DNA of 64,000 nt from an uncultured Candidatus Rokubacteria bacterium (GTDB lineage Bacteria > Methylomirabilota > Methylomirabilia > Rokubacteriales > DASRDR01): positions 768,001 through 832,000 of the forward strand of contig CAWDVE010000010.1 in the NCBI GenBank assembly GCA_963805625.1, given 5' to 3'. Below, in pieces: positions 35,061 to 46,186 of this stretch. The position numbers and the translations under genes are program-made. Numbering within the stretch: the stretch's first letter is position 1; each line of letters begins with the position of its first letter. The notes below the pieces were generated by a model. That model was not told the origin of the DNA. It made no database searches and worked only from the letters and a program-made list of their open reading frames with translations.

Positions 35061-36994
35061 TGCCCGAGAGCCTCGTCCAGAAGCTCGTGACCGGACACCT
35101 GGTGTCCGGCGAACCCGCACCCGGTCAGGAGATCGGCCTCCGGATGGACCAGGTCCTCCTCACGGACACGAACGGCACGATGGCCTGGCTCCAGTTCGAG
35201 GCGATGGGCTTCGATCGCGTCAAGGCGCCCACCGTGGTCACGTACGCGGACCACCAGGTCTATCAGTTCGACGCCCGCAACACGGAGGATCACCGGTACC
35301 TCCAGACCGCCTCGCGGCGCTTCGGCGGTTTCTACTCGAAGCCCGGCAATGGCATCTGCCATCAGGTCCATCTCGAGACCTTCGGGGCACCCGGGCTCAC
35401 CCTTCTTGGCACGGACAGCCACACCCCGCTCTGCGGCGCTCTCGGGATGCTGGCGATCGGCGCGGGCGGCCTCGACGTCGCCTGTGCCATGGGCGGGAGC
35501 CCCTACTACTTCCCGCTGCCCCGCGTCGTCCAGGTGGTGCTGACGGGCCGCCTCCGGCCCTGGGTCGCCGCCAAGGACGTCATCCTCGAGCTGCTCCGCC
35601 GGCTCACCGTCCGCGGGGGCTTCGGCAAGATCTTCGAGTACGCGGGTCCAGGTGTGGCGACCCTGACGGTGCCCCAGCGGGCGACGATCGCGAACATGGG
35701 CGCCGAGCTCGGCCTGACCACGTCGATCTTCCCCTCGGACGAGGTCACCCGGAGCTACCTCGCGCGCCTCGGGCGCGACGCGACCTGGCGGCCGCTCGCC
35801 GCCGACGCCGATGCCCGCTACGACGACACGCTCGAAATCGACCTCTCGACGATCGAGCCTCTCGTCGCGCTTCCCGGATCCCCGGACCACGTCGTCCCGG
35901 TCGGCGAGGTCGAGGGAACGTCGATCGAGCAGGTCCTGGTCGGCTCGTGCACGAACGGCTCGTGGGAGGACATGTCCGTCGTCGCCGAGGTGCTGCGCGG
36001 ACAGCATGTTCACGCGGACGTCTCGTTCGTCCTCTTCCCGGCCAGCCAGCAGGTCCTCGAGACGATGGCACGCCAGGGTCTCGTGGCGGACCTCATCGCG
36101 GCGGGCGCGGTCATCTCCGAGTCGACGTGCGGCGCATGCCCCGGCATCGGCCACGTCCCGGCCACCGGCTCTCGCAGCTTGCGGGCGTTCAACCGGAACT
36201 TCCCAGGGCGAAGCGGCGTCAAGGGCGACCAGGTCTATCTCTCGTCCACCCAGACGGCGTGCGCCTCCGCTCTGCGCGGCGTGATCACCGATCCGCGGCG
36301 TCTGGGCGAGGCACCCGAGGTGATCTTTCCGTCTCGCTTCACCGCTTCCACCGCTGGCCTCGTCCTGCCGGCCCCCGACGGCCAGGACGCGGCCGTCGTG
36401 AAGGGTCCCAACATCCGCGAGGTGCCGGTCGGGCGTCCGCCCGGCGAGGAGGTCTCCGGCCCGGTCCTCATCAAGCTCGGAGACAAGGTGTCCACCGACG
36501 ACATCTCCCCCTCCGGCTCCCAGGTCCTCGTGTTCCGCTCCAACATGCCGGCGATCGCAGAGTTCACGTTTCGGAACGTCGATGCCGAGTTCGTGGCCCG
36601 CGCCCGGGCCGGAGGCGGGGGGTTCATCCTGGCTGGCCAGACCTACGGGCAGGGCTCCTCGCGCGAGGCTGCGGCCGTGGGGCCCATGTTCCTCGGGATC
36701 CGCGGGGTGCTGGCGAAGAGCTTCGCGCGCATCCACCGCGCCAATCTGATCAACTGGGGCGTGCTCCCTCTCGAGCTCGCCAACCCGGCAGACTACGACG
36801 CGATCGCGGCCGGCCACCAACTCCGGATCACCGACGTCCACACTGGGCTGACCACCGGCACGCTTACCGTCGAGGACCAGACTGCGGGCCGGCGCATCGA
36901 GGCGCGCTGCGTGCTCACGGAGCGCGAGCGCGCCATCGTGCTGGCGGGAGGACGCCTGGCCCACACGCGCGCTCTCGCGGAGTCGGCGGCCTGA
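35060..36994 (+). CDS. Aconitate hydratase (short, ~640 aa type)
   Basis: PGNGICHQV, DSHT, NMGAE, GSCTN, CGAC.G (Fe-S Cys), TDDISP and YGQGSSRE. Confidence 0.93.
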   Translation: MPESLVQKLVTGHLVSGEPAPGQEIGLRMDQVLLTDTNGTMAWLQFEAMGFDRVKAPTVVTYADHQVYQFDARNTEDHRYLQTASRRFGGFYSKPGNGICHQVHLETFGAPGLTLLGTDSHTPLCGALGMLAIGAGGLDVACAMGGSPYYFPLPRVVQVVLTGRLRPWVAAKDVILELLRRLTVRGGFGKIFEYAGPGVATLTVPQRATIANMGAELGLTTSIFPSDEVTRSYLARLGRDATWRPLAADADARYDDTLEIDLSTIEPLVALPGSPDHVVPVGEVEGTSIEQVLVGSCTNGSWEDMSVVAEVLRGQHVHADVSFVLFPASQQVLETMARQGLVADLIAAGAVISESTCGACPGIGHVPATGSRSLRAFNRNFPGRSGVKGDQVYLSSTQTACASALRGVITDPRRLGEAPEVIFPSRFTASTAGLVLPAPDGQDAAVVKGPNIREVPVGRPPGEEVSGPVLIKLGDKVSTDDISPSGSQVLVFRSNMPAIAEFTFRNVDAEFVARARAGGGGFILAGQTYGQGSSREAAAVGPMFLGIRGVLAKSFARIHRANLINWGVLPLELANPADYDAIAAGHQLRITDVHTGLTTGTLTVEDQTAGRRIEARCVLTERERAIVLAGGRLAHTRALAESAA

Positions 36995-38136
36995 TGCAGC
37001 GGCGCATCCGCGCGGTCTTTGTCCGAGGCGGCACGAGCCGGGCGCTCATCTTCCACCAGCGGGATCTCCCCGCGGACCGCGAGGCGTGGAACCCCATCTT
37101 TCTCGCCGCGCTCGGAAGCCCCGACCCCAACGGCCGGCAGCTCGACGGCCTGGGCGGAGGCATCTCGTCGCTCTCGAAGATCGCGATGGTGGGACCGGCC
37201 ACTCGCGCGGATGCCGACGTCGACTACACCTTCGGCCAGGTGGAAGTGATGCGAGCGGCCGTCGACTACCGGGGAAACTGCGGCAACATCTCGTCGGCGA
37301 TCGGTCCCTTCGCGCTCGACGAAGGGCTCGTCCCAGCCCGCGAGCCCGCCACGGTCGTGCGGATCCACAACACCAACACCCGGAAGCTGATCCATGCCCA
37401 CGTGCCCGTGGAGTCGAGTCAGGCCGCCGTGCGGGGGGACTTCGCGCTCGACGGGGTGCCGGGCACCGGGGCGAGGATCGCGCTCGACTTCCTCGACCCA
37501 GGCGGCGCCGTCACGGGATGGCTCCTCCCCACCGGCCACGCCCAGGACACCCTCGAGGTGCCCGGTCTCGGGACGATCACCGCGTCCCTCGTCGATGCCA
37601 CCAACCCCATGGTGTTCGTGCGCGGGAAGGACCTCGGCCTCGACGGGACCGAGCGACCCGAGGATCTCGACGGCCGGCCCGGGCTGCCGGCGCGGCTCGA
37701 GGCGATCCGGGCCGCCGCGGCCATCAGGATGGGGCTCGCGCGGACTCCGGAGGAGGCCGGCCGCACCAGCGCCGCCGTGCCCAAGATCGCCATCCTCGCG
37801 CCGCCGGCAGGGTACCGAACCCTGGCCGGCGAGACAGTCGAGCCGCACACCGTCGACCTCGTCGCGCGCGTCGTGTCGATGGGCAAGGTGCACCGGGCCT
37901 TCGCGCTGACCGGCGCGATGTGCCTCGCGGTGGCGGCCCGCATCCCGGGGACCGTCGCCCACGAGGCCGCAGCCCTCCCCGGCGCCGCCGGAGACGTCCG
38001 CATCGGCCATCCCTCCGGGATCCTGCCGGTCGCCGCCGCCGTGCGGCCCGGACCCGACGGCGCCCCCGTGGCGCAGACGGTCACCGTCTACCGCACCGCG
38101 CGCCGGCTGATGGAAGGCTTCGTCCTCGTCCCTTGA
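36994..38136 (+). CDS. prpF: PrpF-family isomerase
   Basis: RGGTSR, GSPDP..QLDGLGGG.SSLSK, NCGNISS and TARRLMEG. TGATG overlap. Confidence 0.88.
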   Translation: MQRRIRAVFVRGGTSRALIFHQRDLPADREAWNPIFLAALGSPDPNGRQLDGLGGGISSLSKIAMVGPATRADADVDYTFGQVEVMRAAVDYRGNCGNISSAIGPFALDEGLVPAREPATVVRIHNTNTRKLIHAHVPVESSQAAVRGDFALDGVPGTGARIALDFLDPGGAVTGWLLPTGHAQDTLEVPGLGTITASLVDATNPMVFVRGKDLGLDGTERPEDLDGRPGLPARLEAIRAAAAIRMGLARTPEEAGRTSAAVPKIAILAPPAGYRTLAGETVEPHTVDLVARVVSMGKVHRAFALTGAMCLAVAARIPGTVAHEAAALPGAAGDVRIGHPSGILPVAAAVRPGPDGAPVAQTVTVYRTARRLMEGFVLVP

Positions 38137-38160
38137 CCCCAGCGACCGAGGAGGCAACCC

Positions 38161-39444
38161 ATGGCAGCGACCAGACGCGAGTTCCTGAAGGGTGCAGGTG
38201 CCACGATCGCGGCGGGCGGCGTGCTCGTTCCTTCCCGGTCGACGCGGGCACAGGCGCGACCGGGGGTCCCGGCGGACCCGATCAAGATCGGCGTTCTCGC
38301 CAGCCGCGCCGGCGTGACGGCGCCGGTCGGCCAGGCGGGTCTCCGGGGCACGGAGTGGTGGGCTGACCGCGTCAACCGGGGGGGCGGCATCCTCGGTCGT
38401 CGCGTCCAGCTCGTGGTCGAGGAGGAGACGAATCCGAAGGACACGGTCGAGCGCTACCGGAAGCTGGTCCTCCAGGAGAAGGTCGACGTGGTCGTGGGCG
38501 TGATCTCGACCGGCGTCTCGCTCGCTCTCGGCTCGGTCGTCGAGGAGATGGACACACCGTGGCTCGCCTGGGACGGCACCACGCAGAAGGGCGTCGAGGA
38601 GACGATACCGAGCCCCAAGTGGGCGTTCCGGAGCACGGACAACGAGGTCGAGGCGATCGTGGGCGGCATCCTCACCGCCAAGTACTTCAAGGGCGTCAAG
38701 ACGATCGCCGGCATCAACAACGACTACTCCTACGGGCATGACTGCTGGGAGTCCTACCAGGCGGTCCTCAAGCGGCACGGCATGGAGGTCAAGCCGGTGC
38801 TCGAGCTCTTCCCCAAGCTCGGCGAGACCAACTTCACCTCCCATATCGCCGCCATCCAGCAGGCAAAGCCCGACCTCCTGATGTGCTCATTCTGGTCCGG
38901 CGATGCGACCATCTTCATGAAGCAGGCGGCGGCGGTCGGGCTCCTGAAGAACATGAAGGGCGTGTTCACGACCGCGGGGGGGGTCCACGACTCGCTCAAG
39001 AAGGACTTCACGCCCGAGGGGCTGCTCCTGGGCTACAACTCGATGTACTTCGACGACCCGAAGGCCAGCGCCCTGCTGAAGCAGTTCGTCCAGGAGTACA
39101 AGGCAAAGCACGGCGAGTACCCAGCCTACGAGTGCGACCACGCCTACTTCTGCGTCGAATCGTACAGGGCCGCGGTCGAGAAGGCCTACCCGGGTGCGGG
39201 CCAGTGGCCGTCGAAAGCCCAGGTCGTCAAGGCCCTCGAGGGCATCGAGGTGGAGTCCCTTTCCGGCAAGCGGTCCTGGCGCGAGGACCACATTCAGATG
39301 TGCAACTTCTATCAGGGGATCACCACCCACAAGAACTCCTACGACTTCGTGACGATCAACCCGGTGGAGGTGGTCTCCACCAGACAGGGGATGAAGCCTC
39401 CGGGGACCAAACTCTTCGACTGGATCAACTCCTGGAAGGTCTAA
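38161..39444 (+). CDS. Branched-chain amino acid-type ABC substrate-binding protein (Tat signal)
   Basis: TRREFLK signal, IKIG and DYSYG, adjacent to livHMGF-like genes. Confidence 0.88.
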   Translation: MAATRREFLKGAGATIAAGGVLVPSRSTRAQARPGVPADPIKIGVLASRAGVTAPVGQAGLRGTEWWADRVNRGGGILGRRVQLVVEEETNPKDTVERYRKLVLQEKVDVVVGVISTGVSLALGSVVEEMDTPWLAWDGTTQKGVEETIPSPKWAFRSTDNEVEAIVGGILTAKYFKGVKTIAGINNDYSYGHDCWESYQAVLKRHGMEVKPVLELFPKLGETNFTSHIAAIQQAKPDLLMCSFWSGDATIFMKQAAAVGLLKNMKGVFTTAGGVHDSLKKDFTPEGLLLGYNSMYFDDPKASALLKQFVQEYKAKHGEYPAYECDHAYFCVESYRAAVEKAYPGAGQWPSKAQVVKALEGIEVESLSGKRSWREDHIQMCNFYQGITTHKNSYDFVTINPVEVVSTRQGMKPPGTKLFDWINSWKV

Positions 39445-39579
39445 CCGAGGGAACTCTCTCGACGGCGATTCGGGGCGACGGCGGGGTGAGGCCGCGCCTC
39501 TTTCGGCTCGAACGCGTCAGCCGGTGACCCGCCACAGCTACAACGGCCTGCGGGTGGGCCTCTCGATGCCGGGATCGCC

Positions 39580-40473
39580 ATGACGACCACCCACGTCGTC
39601 AACGTGGTCACGGGCGGTCTGTTCCATGCGGCGATCCTGTTCCTGGTCGCGGCCGGGCTCCAGGTGGTCTTCGGCGTCCAGAAGATCTTCAATCTCGCCT
39701 GTGGCTCCTTCTACGCCCTCGGGGCCTACGTGGGGGTGTCGGCCGTGCAGGCCTTCGTTCAGGGCGGCGGCCCCCCCGCCCTGTTCGTCCTACCCCTCGT
39801 CGCGGCCGGCCTCCTGATCGGCCTCGTCGGCATCGTGGTGGAGCGAGGCCTCCTTCGGTTCATCTACGACCGCGACGAGACGTTCCAGCTCCTGCTCACC
39901 TTCGCCGTCGTCCTCATGCTCGAGGACCTCATCCGGATGATCTGGGGGGCGGCGCCCACGTCGACCTCGGGCCTCTACCTGATCTACGGTCAGATCCACC
40001 TCCTCGGCGCCACCATCCCGACCTACAACCTGATCGTCATCGGGGCCAGCATCGCCATCGCGGCCGGCATCGGGTGGCTCCTCACCCGCACCGCGTTCGG
40101 GCGGATCATGCGGGCGGCGGCGGAGAACCGGGAGATGGCCGAAGCGCTCGGTGTCGACATGCGCTTCGTGTACGTGCGGGTGTTCACGCTCGGCTGCATG
40201 CTCGGCACCCTTGGCGGCGCGCTCGTCATCCCGTCGACGGCAGCCATGAGCGAGATGGGGGTCGAGCTCATCGTGGAGGCGTTTGCGGTCGTCGTGATCG
40301 GCGGACTCGGCAGCATGCGCGGCGCCCTGGCGGGCGCGCTCGTGGTGGGCGTGCTCCGCGCCGTCGCCATCGCGGTCTATCCCGCGCTCGAGATGCTCCT
40401 GATCTACCTGATCGTCATCGCGGTGCTCGTCCTTCGCCCGCGCGGGCTCTTCGGAAAGGCGGCCACCGCGTGA
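39580..40473 (+). CDS. Branched-chain ABC permease (LivH-like)
   Basis: GLQVVFG..FNLA.G, G..MRA, VVVIGGLGS and RPRGLFG. Confidence 0.9.
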   Translation: MTTTHVVNVVTGGLFHAAILFLVAAGLQVVFGVQKIFNLACGSFYALGAYVGVSAVQAFVQGGGPPALFVLPLVAAGLLIGLVGIVVERGLLRFIYDRDETFQLLLTFAVVLMLEDLIRMIWGAAPTSTSGLYLIYGQIHLLGATIPTYNLIVIGASIAIAAGIGWLLTRTAFGRIMRAAAENREMAEALGVDMRFVYVRVFTLGCMLGTLGGALVIPSTAAMSEMGVELIVEAFAVVVIGGLGSMRGALAGALVVGVLRAVAIAVYPALEMLLIYLIVIAVLVLRPRGLFGKAATA

Positions 40474-41432
40474 GGCAACTCGGAGCCATCGCGCTCCTCC
40501 TGACGGTCGCCCTCGCGCTCGCCCTCCCCCGCGCTGCCCCCGCCTACCACATCACGCTCATGCTGCCCTTCATGGCCTACGGCATCACGCTCCTCGGCCT
40601 GAACCTCCTCTTCGGGTACACGGGGCTCGTCTCCTTCGGGCACGCGCTGTTCCTTGGCATCGGTGCCTACACCGGGGCGTTCCTCACGACGCACACGCCG
40701 GTGCGCTCGCTGGAGCTCATCCTGGTAGTGGCCGTGCTCCTCGCCGTGGCGGTGGCCGCGCCGGTCGGCGCCCTCTGCGTTCGCTACGTGAAGATCTACT
40801 TCGGAATGCTCACTCTCGCCTTCGGGATGCTCTTCTACACGTTCGTGCTGAAGTTCTACCACCTCACCGGCGGCGACGAAGGGATGCGCTTCCTGAGGCC
40901 CACACTCCTCGGCCAGCCCTTCGCCGACATGTCGAAGACGGCGTACCTGGTCGGCCCTTTCTACTACTACTCGCTCGCGCTTCTCGTGCTGGCCGCCGTC
41001 GTGATGTGGCGGATCGTCCACTCGCCGTTCGGCCTCTGCCTTCGCACCGTCCGCGACAACCCCTTGAAGGCCGAATCGCTCGGGCTCTCGGTGCCGAGGT
41101 ATCGCTGGTACGCGTTCGTCACCTCGGCCGTCTACGCGGCGGTGGGCGGCGTCCTGCTGGCCACGCCGACCGGCAACGTGGACCCGACCCTCGCGTACTG
41201 GACTCATTCCGGCAACCTCGTCTTCATGACCCTCCTCGGAGGGTTCGCGAGCTTTTTCGGCCCGATCCTGGGCGCCTTCGTCTTCATCTACCTCCAGGAC
41301 ACCGTGATGTCCGTCTTCCCGTACTGGCGGCTGGTCTTCGGGGCCATCCTGGCGGCCCTCGTCATCTTCGCGCCCACCGGCCTCGTCGGCCTGGTGGCGC
41401 TCGCACGGCCCGCGGAGCCGGTGCGCCGATGA
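40470..41432 (+). CDS. Branched-chain ABC permease (LivM-like)
   Basis: GYTGLVSFGH, YFGMLTLAF, TGGDEG and SPFG. Confidence 0.9.
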   Translation: MRQLGAIALLLTVALALALPRAAPAYHITLMLPFMAYGITLLGLNLLFGYTGLVSFGHALFLGIGAYTGAFLTTHTPVRSLELILVVAVLLAVAVAAPVGALCVRYVKIYFGMLTLAFGMLFYTFVLKFYHLTGGDEGMRFLRPTLLGQPFADMSKTAYLVGPFYYYSLALLVLAAVVMWRIVHSPFGLCLRTVRDNPLKAESLGLSVPRYRWYAFVTSAVYAAVGGVLLATPTGNVDPTLAYWTHSGNLVFMTLLGGFASFFGPILGAFVFIYLQDTVMSVFPYWRLVFGAILAALVIFAPTGLVGLVALARPAEPVRR

Positions 41433-42208
41433 TCCTCGAGGCCCGCGATGTGCGCCAGTTCTACGGCGACTTCTGCGCGCTGGACGGGGTGAGTCTCGCC
41501 GTCGAGCCCGGGCAAGTCGTCGCGATCATCGGGCCGAACGGCGCCGGAAAGTCGACCCTGATCAACGTGCTGACCGGGCTCCTCCACCCGACTGCGGGGG
41601 TGGTGCGCTTCAAGGGGCGCGACATCCGGGGAATCGGCCCGGTCCGGCTCGCGCGGCTCGGCCTGGCTCGGAGCTTCCAGCTGGTCCAGATCTTCCCGAA
41701 CCTGACCGTCCGCGAGACCCTCCAGGCGGCCGTCGTCTCGCGGCTCGGGCGCGGGCAGCGATTCCTCGCCTCCCTCGCGACGGATCGCGAGGTCGCCCGC
41801 GACGCCGAGCACGTCGCCGAGCTCTTCGGGCTGGCCGGGCGCCTTGCTGCGCCGGCCCGCACGCTACCGCAGGGGGACAAGAAGCTCCTGGACGTTGCGT
41901 CCGCGTTTGCCCTCCGCCCGGAAGCGATTCTGCTCGATGAGCCGACGAGCGGAGTGTCGACCCGCGACAAGACAGCGGTGATGGAGATGCTCGTCCAGGC
42001 CTCTCGTGGCATCGGGGTCCGAACGATCCTGCTGGTCGAGCACGACATGGACATCGTATTCGGCTACTCCGATCGGATCATCGCTCTCCAGCAGGGCCGG
42101 ATCCTGGCCGATACCACGCCGGAGGGGGTCCGGCGAGACGAGGCGCTGGTGGCGGCGGTGGTCGGCCGGCTCCCTGCCGTCGGCGCTCTCGGGGGATCTG
42201 GACTCTGA
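41429..42208 (+). CDS. ABC ATP-binding protein (LivG-like)
   Basis: GPNGAGKST, LLDEPT and VEHDM. Confidence 0.92.
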   Translation: MILEARDVRQFYGDFCALDGVSLAVEPGQVVAIIGPNGAGKSTLINVLTGLLHPTAGVVRFKGRDIRGIGPVRLARLGLARSFQLVQIFPNLTVRETLQAAVVSRLGRGQRFLASLATDREVARDAEHVAELFGLAGRLAAPARTLPQGDKKLLDVASAFALRPEAILLDEPTSGVSTRDKTAVMEMLVQASRGIGVRTILLVEHDMDIVFGYSDRIIALQQGRILADTTPEGVRRDEALVAAVVGRLPAVGALGGSGL

Positions 42209-42921
42209 TGCTGCGACTCCACGGTGTCGATGTCTTCATCCAGTCGAGCCACATCCTGCGGGAGGTGTCGCTCGAGGTGCCCCCGGGAGCGCTGGTCTGC
42301 CTGGTCGGCCGGAACGGCGCAGGGAAGACAACGACGCTCCGCACGGTCATGGGCTACCTCCAGCCCGTGAGGGGCCGGATCGAGCTGGACGGGGCTCCGA
42401 TCGGCGCCTTGCCCACGTACGAGATCGCTCGCCGCGGGGTGGGGTACGCACCCGAGGAAGGCGGGATCTTTGGCGATCTCACCGTCGCCGAGAACATCGA
42501 GATCGCCACCTGGACTCGGCCCGGAGGCCGCCCCGCCGCAGAGCGGATGGCTCTTGCCTACGACGTGTTCCCGCGTTTGCGCGCCTACGCCGCGCGCGGC
42601 GGGACTCACCTGTCCGGGGGCGAGCGCAAAATGCTCGCGATCGCCCGGGCCCTGGCCCTCGACCCTCGGCTCTTGCTACTCGATGAGCCTTTCGAGGGTC
42701 TCTCGCCAGCAATCCTCCCTCAGGTGGGCCAAAGCATCGCCGCCATCGCCAGCCAAGGCCGTGCGATCCTCCTGGCCGAGTCGAACATCCACCACGTCCC
42801 GCCCGAGACGAGCTGCCTGTACGTTATCGAGCGCGGTGAGATCATCTACGGGGGCCCACCGGACGGCGCACGGGGGGACCCGGCGGTCCTGCGCGTGATC
42901 GGCGGAGCGGCCACCCCCTGA
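42208..42921 (+). CDS. ABC ATP-binding protein (LivF-like)
   Basis: GRNGAGKTT, LSGGE and LLLDEP. Confidence 0.92.
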   Translation: MLRLHGVDVFIQSSHILREVSLEVPPGALVCLVGRNGAGKTTTLRTVMGYLQPVRGRIELDGAPIGALPTYEIARRGVGYAPEEGGIFGDLTVAENIEIATWTRPGGRPAAERMALAYDVFPRLRAYAARGGTHLSGGERKMLAIARALALDPRLLLLDEPFEGLSPAILPQVGQSIAAIASQGRAILLAESNIHHVPPETSCLYVIERGEIIYGGPPDGARGDPAVLRVIGGAATP

Positions 42922-42979
42922 TCCGTGGCGACATCCCACTCTTCCGCCGGTAACCGTGATTTTGAAGCGATGCGGCCGC

Positions 42980-43008
42980 TTGACCGCCCCGCGGAGTCCG
43001 CCTAGACT
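42980..43008 (+). promoter_or_regulatory. sigma70-type promoter of the peptide ABC operon
   Basis: TTGACC-N17-TAGACT. Confidence 0.6.
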
Positions 43009-43083
43009 GCTGTCCCGGGCTTTGCCAGCACCCTCACAGGCTCAACCGAGACAGCAGCGACCGCTTCGAACGGAGGATCCGAC

Positions 43084-45038
43084 ATGAACCTCGATGGCAG
43101 GAGACCGGCGCTCACCGCCCTCGCCTTCTTCCTCGCCCTCACGGTGTGGGCGAGCCTGGCGGGGCCCGCGGCCGCCCAGTCCACCAAGTTCAAGGAGGCG
43201 CCGATCCTGGCCGAGCAGGTGAAGGTCGGCAAGCTGCCGCCGGTGGAACAGCGTCTGCCCTCCGACCCGCTGGTCGTCCCGGTCGTCGAGCGGACCGGTC
43301 AGTACGGCGGTGTGTGGCGCCGCGCGTTCCTCGGTCCCGCCGACTTCAACAACTACGTGCGAGTCGTCTACGACGCGCTGGCGCGCTTCTCGCCGGACGG
43401 CGCCAAGATCGAGCCGAAGATCGCGGCTGGCTGGCAGTCGTCGCCGGACTTCAAGACCTGGACTATCCGGCTCCGCAAGGGCGCCCGCTGGTCTGACGGC
43501 GCGCCCTTCACGGCGGACGACATCGTGTTCTGGTACAAGGACGTCGTCCTCAACAAGGATCTGACGCCGGCCCTTCCCGGGTGGATGCGGAACAGCGACG
43601 GGACACCGGCCGTCGGTCGAGAAGGTCGACGCCCAGACGGTCCGCTTCACGTACAAGCAGGCGGCCACGCTCTTCCTGACGGCGCTCGCCAACCAGGACG
43701 GCGGCGACCGCACCTACGCGGTCTTCCTGCCGGCCCACTACCTGAAGAAGTTCCATCCCGTCCTACGCCAAGAGGGAAGACATCGACAAGGCGGTCCAGG
43801 CGGCGGGCTTCAAGACCTGGACCGAGCTGTTCGCCGCGCAAGAACGCGCCGTTCGAGAACCCGGAGCGGCCGACGATGGCGGCCTGGGTGCCGGTGACCC
43901 GGGTGAGCGACCAGGTGTTCACGCTCCGGCGCAATCCGTACTTCGTCGGCGTCGACCCGGACGGCAACCAGCTCCCCTACATCGACGAGGTCCGCTTCAC
44001 CTTCTTCGCCGACATCCAGGCGCTCAACCTGGCCGCGATCGCCGGCGAGTTGGACATGCAGGAGCGCCACATCCAGATGACCAACTACCCGGTCTTCAAG
44101 GAGAACGAGAAGAGCGGGAAGTATCGCGTCATCACCTGGCCGACCTTCGGCGGCGCGGACGCCGTGGTCGCGTTCAACCAGACGTACAAGGCCGACCCGG
44201 AGCTCGGGCAAGCTGCATGGCGACGAAGGACTTCCGAATCGCGCTGTCCCATGCGATCAACCGCGACCAGATCAAGGAGTCGGTGTTCCTCGGCCTCGGC
44301 GAGGCGCGCCAGGGCGTGCCCGCCCCGTGGCATCCGTACTTCCCCGGCGACGAGTGGGCGAAGAAGTACACGCGAGTACAAGCCGGACGAGGCCAACAAG
44401 CTGCTCGACGGCATCGGTCTCACCAAGAAGGACGCCCAGGGCATCCGGCTGCTGCCGAACGGCAAGCCTCTCGATCATCGAGACTCAGCGTCGTGCCGGC
44501 CTTCGCCGCGTGGCCGGACGTCGCCCAGCTGATCGCCAAGGACTGGGAGAAGGTCGGCGTCAAGACCGTCGTCCAGATCCGGGAGCGCGGCGCTCCACTT
44601 CAAGATGCGCGAGGCCAACGAGCTGCAGACCGAGATGTGGAACGAGGACACCAGCGCCTTCCCGTTCACGGGCAACGCCAAGGCGGACGTGCGCAATTCG
44701 CCCGATCCTGACCACCGGGCCGCTGTTCACGCCAGTGGTACGAGACCAAGGGCAAGGAAGGGCATGGAGCCGCCGCGCGCCGATCAAGAAGATCGTCGAG
44801 CTAGTCGACACCGCCCGGACGGTCGGTCCCGACGGGCAGGTCAAGGCGGCCCAGGAGATCTATCCGAATCTGGGCGGACAACGTCTACGAGATCGGGACG
44901 GTCGGGCTGACCCCGATGGTGCAGGGCGTCGTCGTGGTCAACACGCGCCTCCGCAACGTCCCGACCACTCTGGGCAATGACTGGCCGCTCCGGAGCCCCG
45001 GCAACGCTCGCCCGGAGCAGTTCTTCTACACGAGGTAG
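43084..45038 (+). pseudogene. Family 5 ABC substrate-binding protein interrupted by about 14 single-base insertions (likely sequencing error)
   Basis: EAP.L...V..GKLPPVEQRLP, WSDG.PFTADD, RNPYF..D..GNQLPYID and FRIALSHAINR are spread across frames. The gene ends PEQFFYTR*. Confidence 0.8.
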
Positions 45039-45192
45039 CCGTCGGCCGGTCGCGCCCGGTCCCACCCGTGATGGGCCGGGACCGGGCGCCGTCTCGGCCG
45101 CTCGTCCTCGACCTCGACTGCGTCCCTTCCCGAGCCGACCCGATCCGAGCCGCCCCGAACGCCGTAGTCTCGAGCACCGAAGCGGATCAACG

Positions 45193-46180
45193 ATGACCCG
45201 CTACGCCCTGCGGCGCCTGGTCCTCCTGCCCCTGCTCCTCTTCGTCTTCTCGGTCGTCGTCTTCGCCATCGTCCAGGCGCCGCCGGGCGACTTCCTGACG
45301 TCGTACATGGCGACCCTCGCCTCCTCCGGGAGCTCGGTCAGCGCGGAGCAATTCGAGGCGCTTGCGCAAGGACTACGGGCTCGACCAGCCCCTCTACGTC
45401 CAGTACTGGAAGTGGATGGCGAACGTCCTCCAGGGCAACCTCGGCCTGTCGCTCGAGTACCAGCGGCCCAACACGGAGCTGATCGGCGAGCGGCTGGTCC
45501 TGACCATCATCCTGGCGCTCTTCTCGTTCGTCTTCACCTGGGTGGTCGCGATCCCGATCGGGATCTACTCGGCGACGCACCAGCGGTCGGTGGTCGACTA
45601 TGTCATCACGGTCCTCAACTACGTCGGCGTCGCCACGCCCAACTTCATGCTCGCGCTGATCCTCATGTGGGTCGCCTTCGCATACCTGGGGATCAGCGTC
45701 ACCGGTCTCTTCTCGCCCGAGTTCGTCGAGGCACCGTGGAGCCTGGCCCGGGTGATGAATCTCCTGGCGCACATCTGGCTGCCGACCGTGGTTCTGGGCG
45801 TGGCGGGCACAGCCCGGCTCACGCGTGTGATGCGGGCCAATCTCCTGGACGAGCTCAACAAGCCCTACGTCGTCACCGCGCGCGCCAAGGGGCTCAGCGA
45901 GTGGCGCCTGGTCCTCCGCTACCCCGTCCGGCTGGCGTTGAACCCACTCGTGAGCACGATCGGCTGGTACCTCCCCGCCCTCTTCTCGGGCAGCCTGATC
46001 GTCGCGACCGTGATGAACATCCCCAACATCGGCCCGCTTCTTCTCCGGGCGCTCATCAATCAGGACATGTACCTCGCGGGCAGCATCCTCCTCATCTACT
46101 GCTTCCTGGCCATCATCGGCACCCTGATCTCCGACGTCCTCCTCGCCTGGCTCGACCCTCGAATCCGCATGGACAGCTGA
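45193..46180 (+). CDS. Peptide ABC permease (DppB-like) with one frameshift at ~45362
   Basis: MTRYALRRL..PPGD, then YGLDQP, TARAKGL and QDMYL in the next frame. Confidence 0.85.
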
Positions 46181-46186
46181 CTGGAC

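Noticed and set aside
34999-36993. 1045-aa ORF suggesting a large PrpF fusion
   Set aside because: The upstream part is an alternative frame over the aconitase. The real PrpF starts at the ATG at 36994.
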